Translations under genes and position numbers: made by a program
Notes under the pieces: model-generated
The model's input: the letters and a program-made list of their open reading frames with translations, nothing else
What the model was told of the DNA's origin: nothing
The model's database searches: none
Assembly: GCA_040393865.1 (NCBI GenBank)
Contig: JBEBTF010000001.1
Span: 7,729-71,728, forward strand
Direction of reading: 5' to 3'
DNA: 64,000 nucleotides
Source of the DNA: Planctomicrobium piriforme
GTDB lineage: Bacteria; Planctomycetota; Planctomycetia; Planctomycetales; Planctomycetaceae
In this document: positions 61,780 through 64,000 of the stretch, one piece after another
How positions within the stretch are numbered: position 1 is the stretch's first letter
Layout: each line of letters starts with the position of its first letter

Positions 61780-64000
61780 GTGTCTCTGACACAACTGCTT
61801 GAAAGTAAATTCCGAGGTGATATCCGCTTTCGCGGACAGGCTTATCTTCAGGCAGACCGCGTATCGATTGTACGAGTTACTGCAGATGATTTGCACGCTG
61901 TTGTTCGGGATGGAGTTGAATATCAAACGCACTTGAGTCGCCTGGAAGGTGACTTGAGGATGTATTGCTCGTGCGTTGGGGAAGGTCAAACTCGTGACCC
62001 CGCCTGCAAGCATCTTTGGGCAACAATTCTGGCTGTTGATGCTGGCTCCTATCTAACCGCGCCTGCGAAGCCGGGAGCTGTTCCGCCGTTTGTCTCGGAT
62101 ACTCGTTATACACCGCTGGATCTGTCTTCCTGGGATGAGGACGATTTTGAAGGGGGAGATGTTTTCATCCCTTCTGATCCAAAATCGTCAGCGGTCGCGA
62201 GAGCAACCGCGTCTGCAGCAGCAGCCGTTCGTCCGCAGCCACGCGAGTGGGAAACAAAACTCCGGGATTTGCGAAATCAGATGCCAGCTTCGGCCAAGCC
62301 GGGGGTGTCGTCCGAGTCTCGTGAACGCGAAATCTTCTACGAAGTTGATATTCCGGAAAGTCGGAAGTCCCAGCAGCTTGTCATCCAGACATCACAGCGG
62401 CAGCGCCGCAGTAATGGTCAATGGGGCAAACTGAAGCCATTGAAGATCCGCCCAGGACGACTTGAGGAAGTCGATCACGCCGATGATCGCCGGATTCTTG
62501 CGTTCCTCGCAGGGGGGACACCGGAGCGAACCGGTTGGATGGCGCAACAGGCCGAGTTCCAGACTTCGGTCTATCGCTATCGTGTTCCATTTGAACTATG
62601 CACTTTGATTCTGCCACTTATGGCAGGGTCCAAGCGTCTTCGATTTCTTGATGAATCAGAAGCGGAACAGCCGCCGCTTGTCTGGGATGAAAATCAAGTT
62701 TGGCAGCTTTGTTTATGCCTTGAGCAGATGGAAGACGAGAGCTGGGAATTGCATGGCGAAGTTCGTTCTGGCGATAAGAAACTGCGGATCGAGAAGTGTG
62801 ATTTGCTTCTTCCCGGCGGTCTCGTTATTCACCAGAATATGATTGCCAAACTGGAAGACTTCGGAGCCTTTGACTGGATTCCGATGCTTCTGGGCGATCA
62901 GAAGTTCACCGCCAAAAAGAACGAAGAGCAGGATCTCGTTGACTGGTTGCTGGATATGCCAGCGCTGCCCCAGCTCGATCTGCCGAAGACGCTGCAACTG
63001 GAAGAGGTACGACCTGTTCCAGAGCCTCGGCTTCTGTTCCGCTCGCCTTCAAAACGTGGCTGGAAACACGAGCGAATTCACGCCAACGTCGAATTCGAAT
63101 ACGACGGCACGCGTGTACGCGGCTCGAACGTCCAGTGGGCGGTTGTGCAACGCGACCAAGGACGCTGCCTGTTGAGAGATCAACAACGGGAACCAGCGTT
63201 TTGGGCTCAGCTGGATAGCCTTGGGTTCCGCAGACTTGTTGATCATCGGCAGGCAGCACACGATGTCGATATCGGCGTCGGTGAACTGGGACGTGCTGTG
63301 CGAACACTGGTGAACAGTGGATGGCAGGTTCATGCCGACGGTAAAGAAGTCCGCCAGCCTGCTGCGATGAAGTTCAATGTCCGCTCAGATATCGACTGGT
63401 TCGAACTGACCGCCGACGTCGATTTCGATGGACAGAAGGCAAACTTCCCTGAGTTGCTGGCCGCTCTGTCCCGTGGTGATTCCACGATCCGTCTGGACGA
63501 TGGATCCTTGGGAATTTTGCCAGAAGAGTGGTTGCAGCAGTATGGCATTCTCGCCGGACTGGGGAATGTCAGTGAAGACGGCGTCAAGTTCTCGACCGCT
63601 CAGCTCGGTCTGGTTGATGCCCTGCTGTCCAATCAGGAACATGTCGACTTTGACGAACGCTACATCGAAGTTCGCACCAAACTGGAATCGTTCGACGGTG
63701 TCACACCTCGTGCGGAACCAGTGAACTTCAAAGGGCAATTGCGGCCTTATCAGCGTGAAGGTCTCGGGTGGCTGCACTTCCTCCAGGATTACGGCTTCGG
63801 CGGCTGTCTTGCGGACGACATGGGTCTGGGTAAAACCGTTCAAATGCTTGCACTTCTGCAGGAACGCAAGCAGTCGCGCGGGTATCATTTGCCGTCACTC
63901 GTGATCGTTCCAAAGTCCTTGATGTTCAACTGGATTCAGGAAATCATCAAGTTTGCTCCGGAACTCACCCACATGGAATACACCGGACCAGAGCGTGTTG
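61780..64000 (+). CDS. SNF2-family helicase with N-terminal SWIM zinc finger; 3' end runs off the window
   Basis: Missing from the ORF track because there is no stop in the window. GGGAGG SD then GTG at 61780 (or 61777). YCSC...ACKHLWA (SWIM) and LRPYQREGLGWL...CLADDMGLGKTVQ..SLVIVPKSL are in the same frame. Confidence 0.93.
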   Translation, partial: MSLTQLLESKFRGDIRFRGQAYLQADRVSIVRVTADDLHAVVRDGVEYQTHLSRLEGDLRMYCSCVGEGQTRDPACKHLWATILAVDAGSYLTAPAKPGAVPPFVSDTRYTPLDLSSWDEDDFEGGDVFIPSDPKSSAVARATASAAAAVRPQPREWETKLRDLRNQMPASAKPGVSSESREREIFYEVDIPESRKSQQLVIQTSQRQRRSNGQWGKLKPLKIRPGRLEEVDHADDRRILAFLAGGTPERTGWMAQQAEFQTSVYRYRVPFELCTLILPLMAGSKRLRFLDESEAEQPPLVWDENQVWQLCLCLEQMEDESWELHGEVRSGDKKLRIEKCDLLLPGGLVIHQNMIAKLEDFGAFDWIPMLLGDQKFTAKKNEEQDLVDWLLDMPALPQLDLPKTLQLEEVRPVPEPRLLFRSPSKRGWKHERIHANVEFEYDGTRVRGSNVQWAVVQRDQGRCLLRDQQREPAFWAQLDSLGFRRLVDHRQAAHDVDIGVGELGRAVRTLVNSGWQVHADGKEVRQPAAMKFNVRSDIDWFELTADVDFDGQKANFPELLAALSRGDSTIRLDDGSLGILPEEWLQQYGILAGLGNVSEDGVKFSTAQLGLVDALLSNQEHVDFDERYIEVRTKLESFDGVTPRAEPVNFKGQLRPYQREGLGWLHFLQDYGFGGCLADDMGLGKTVQMLALLQERKQSRGYHLPSLVIVPKSLMFNWIQEIIKFAPELTHMEYTGPERV

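Overview
Core-genome window from a planctomycete, most likely Planctomycetaceae. The assignment is inferred from two DUF1559 prepilin-like genes, a membrane Ser/Thr kinase, three sigma54 activators, an MfnB-like C1 gene and a Cys/Pro-rich secreted protein. Left to right it holds: a partial FHA-GAF-AAA+ sigma54 activator; tRNA-Val(GAC) and tRNA-Thr(CGT); glycerate kinase; several secreted or envelope proteins; an NtrC-type regulator; mfnB; groES-groEL; a metallo-hydrolase and PNP; the Ser/Thr kinase; two divergent DUF1559 genes; a sensor kinase/sigma54 regulator pair divergent from an SbtA-family bicarbonate permease; a GAF/PAS hybrid kinase; purM; frr; the S10-spc ribosomal operon through secY and map (no rpmD, no adk); an RRM protein; maf; folD; two alpha/beta hydrolases; a lone sufD; dapA; and a partial SWIM-SNF2 helicase. 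I saw no CRISPR array, prophage or IS. The best novelty candidates are non-coding. (1) A full sigma54 promoter layout (three enhancer-like repeats, an IHF-like site, a -24/-12 box) precedes a ~130-nt terminator-bounded transcript with no SD-led ORF, divergent from the FHA-domain activator: a putative sigma54 sRNA under phosphothreonine control. (2) A sigma54/two-component module appears to control SbtA bicarbonate uptake. (3) There are two further sRNA candidates, one of them GGA-rich like CsrB. All calls were made by eye; no searches or folding programs were run.
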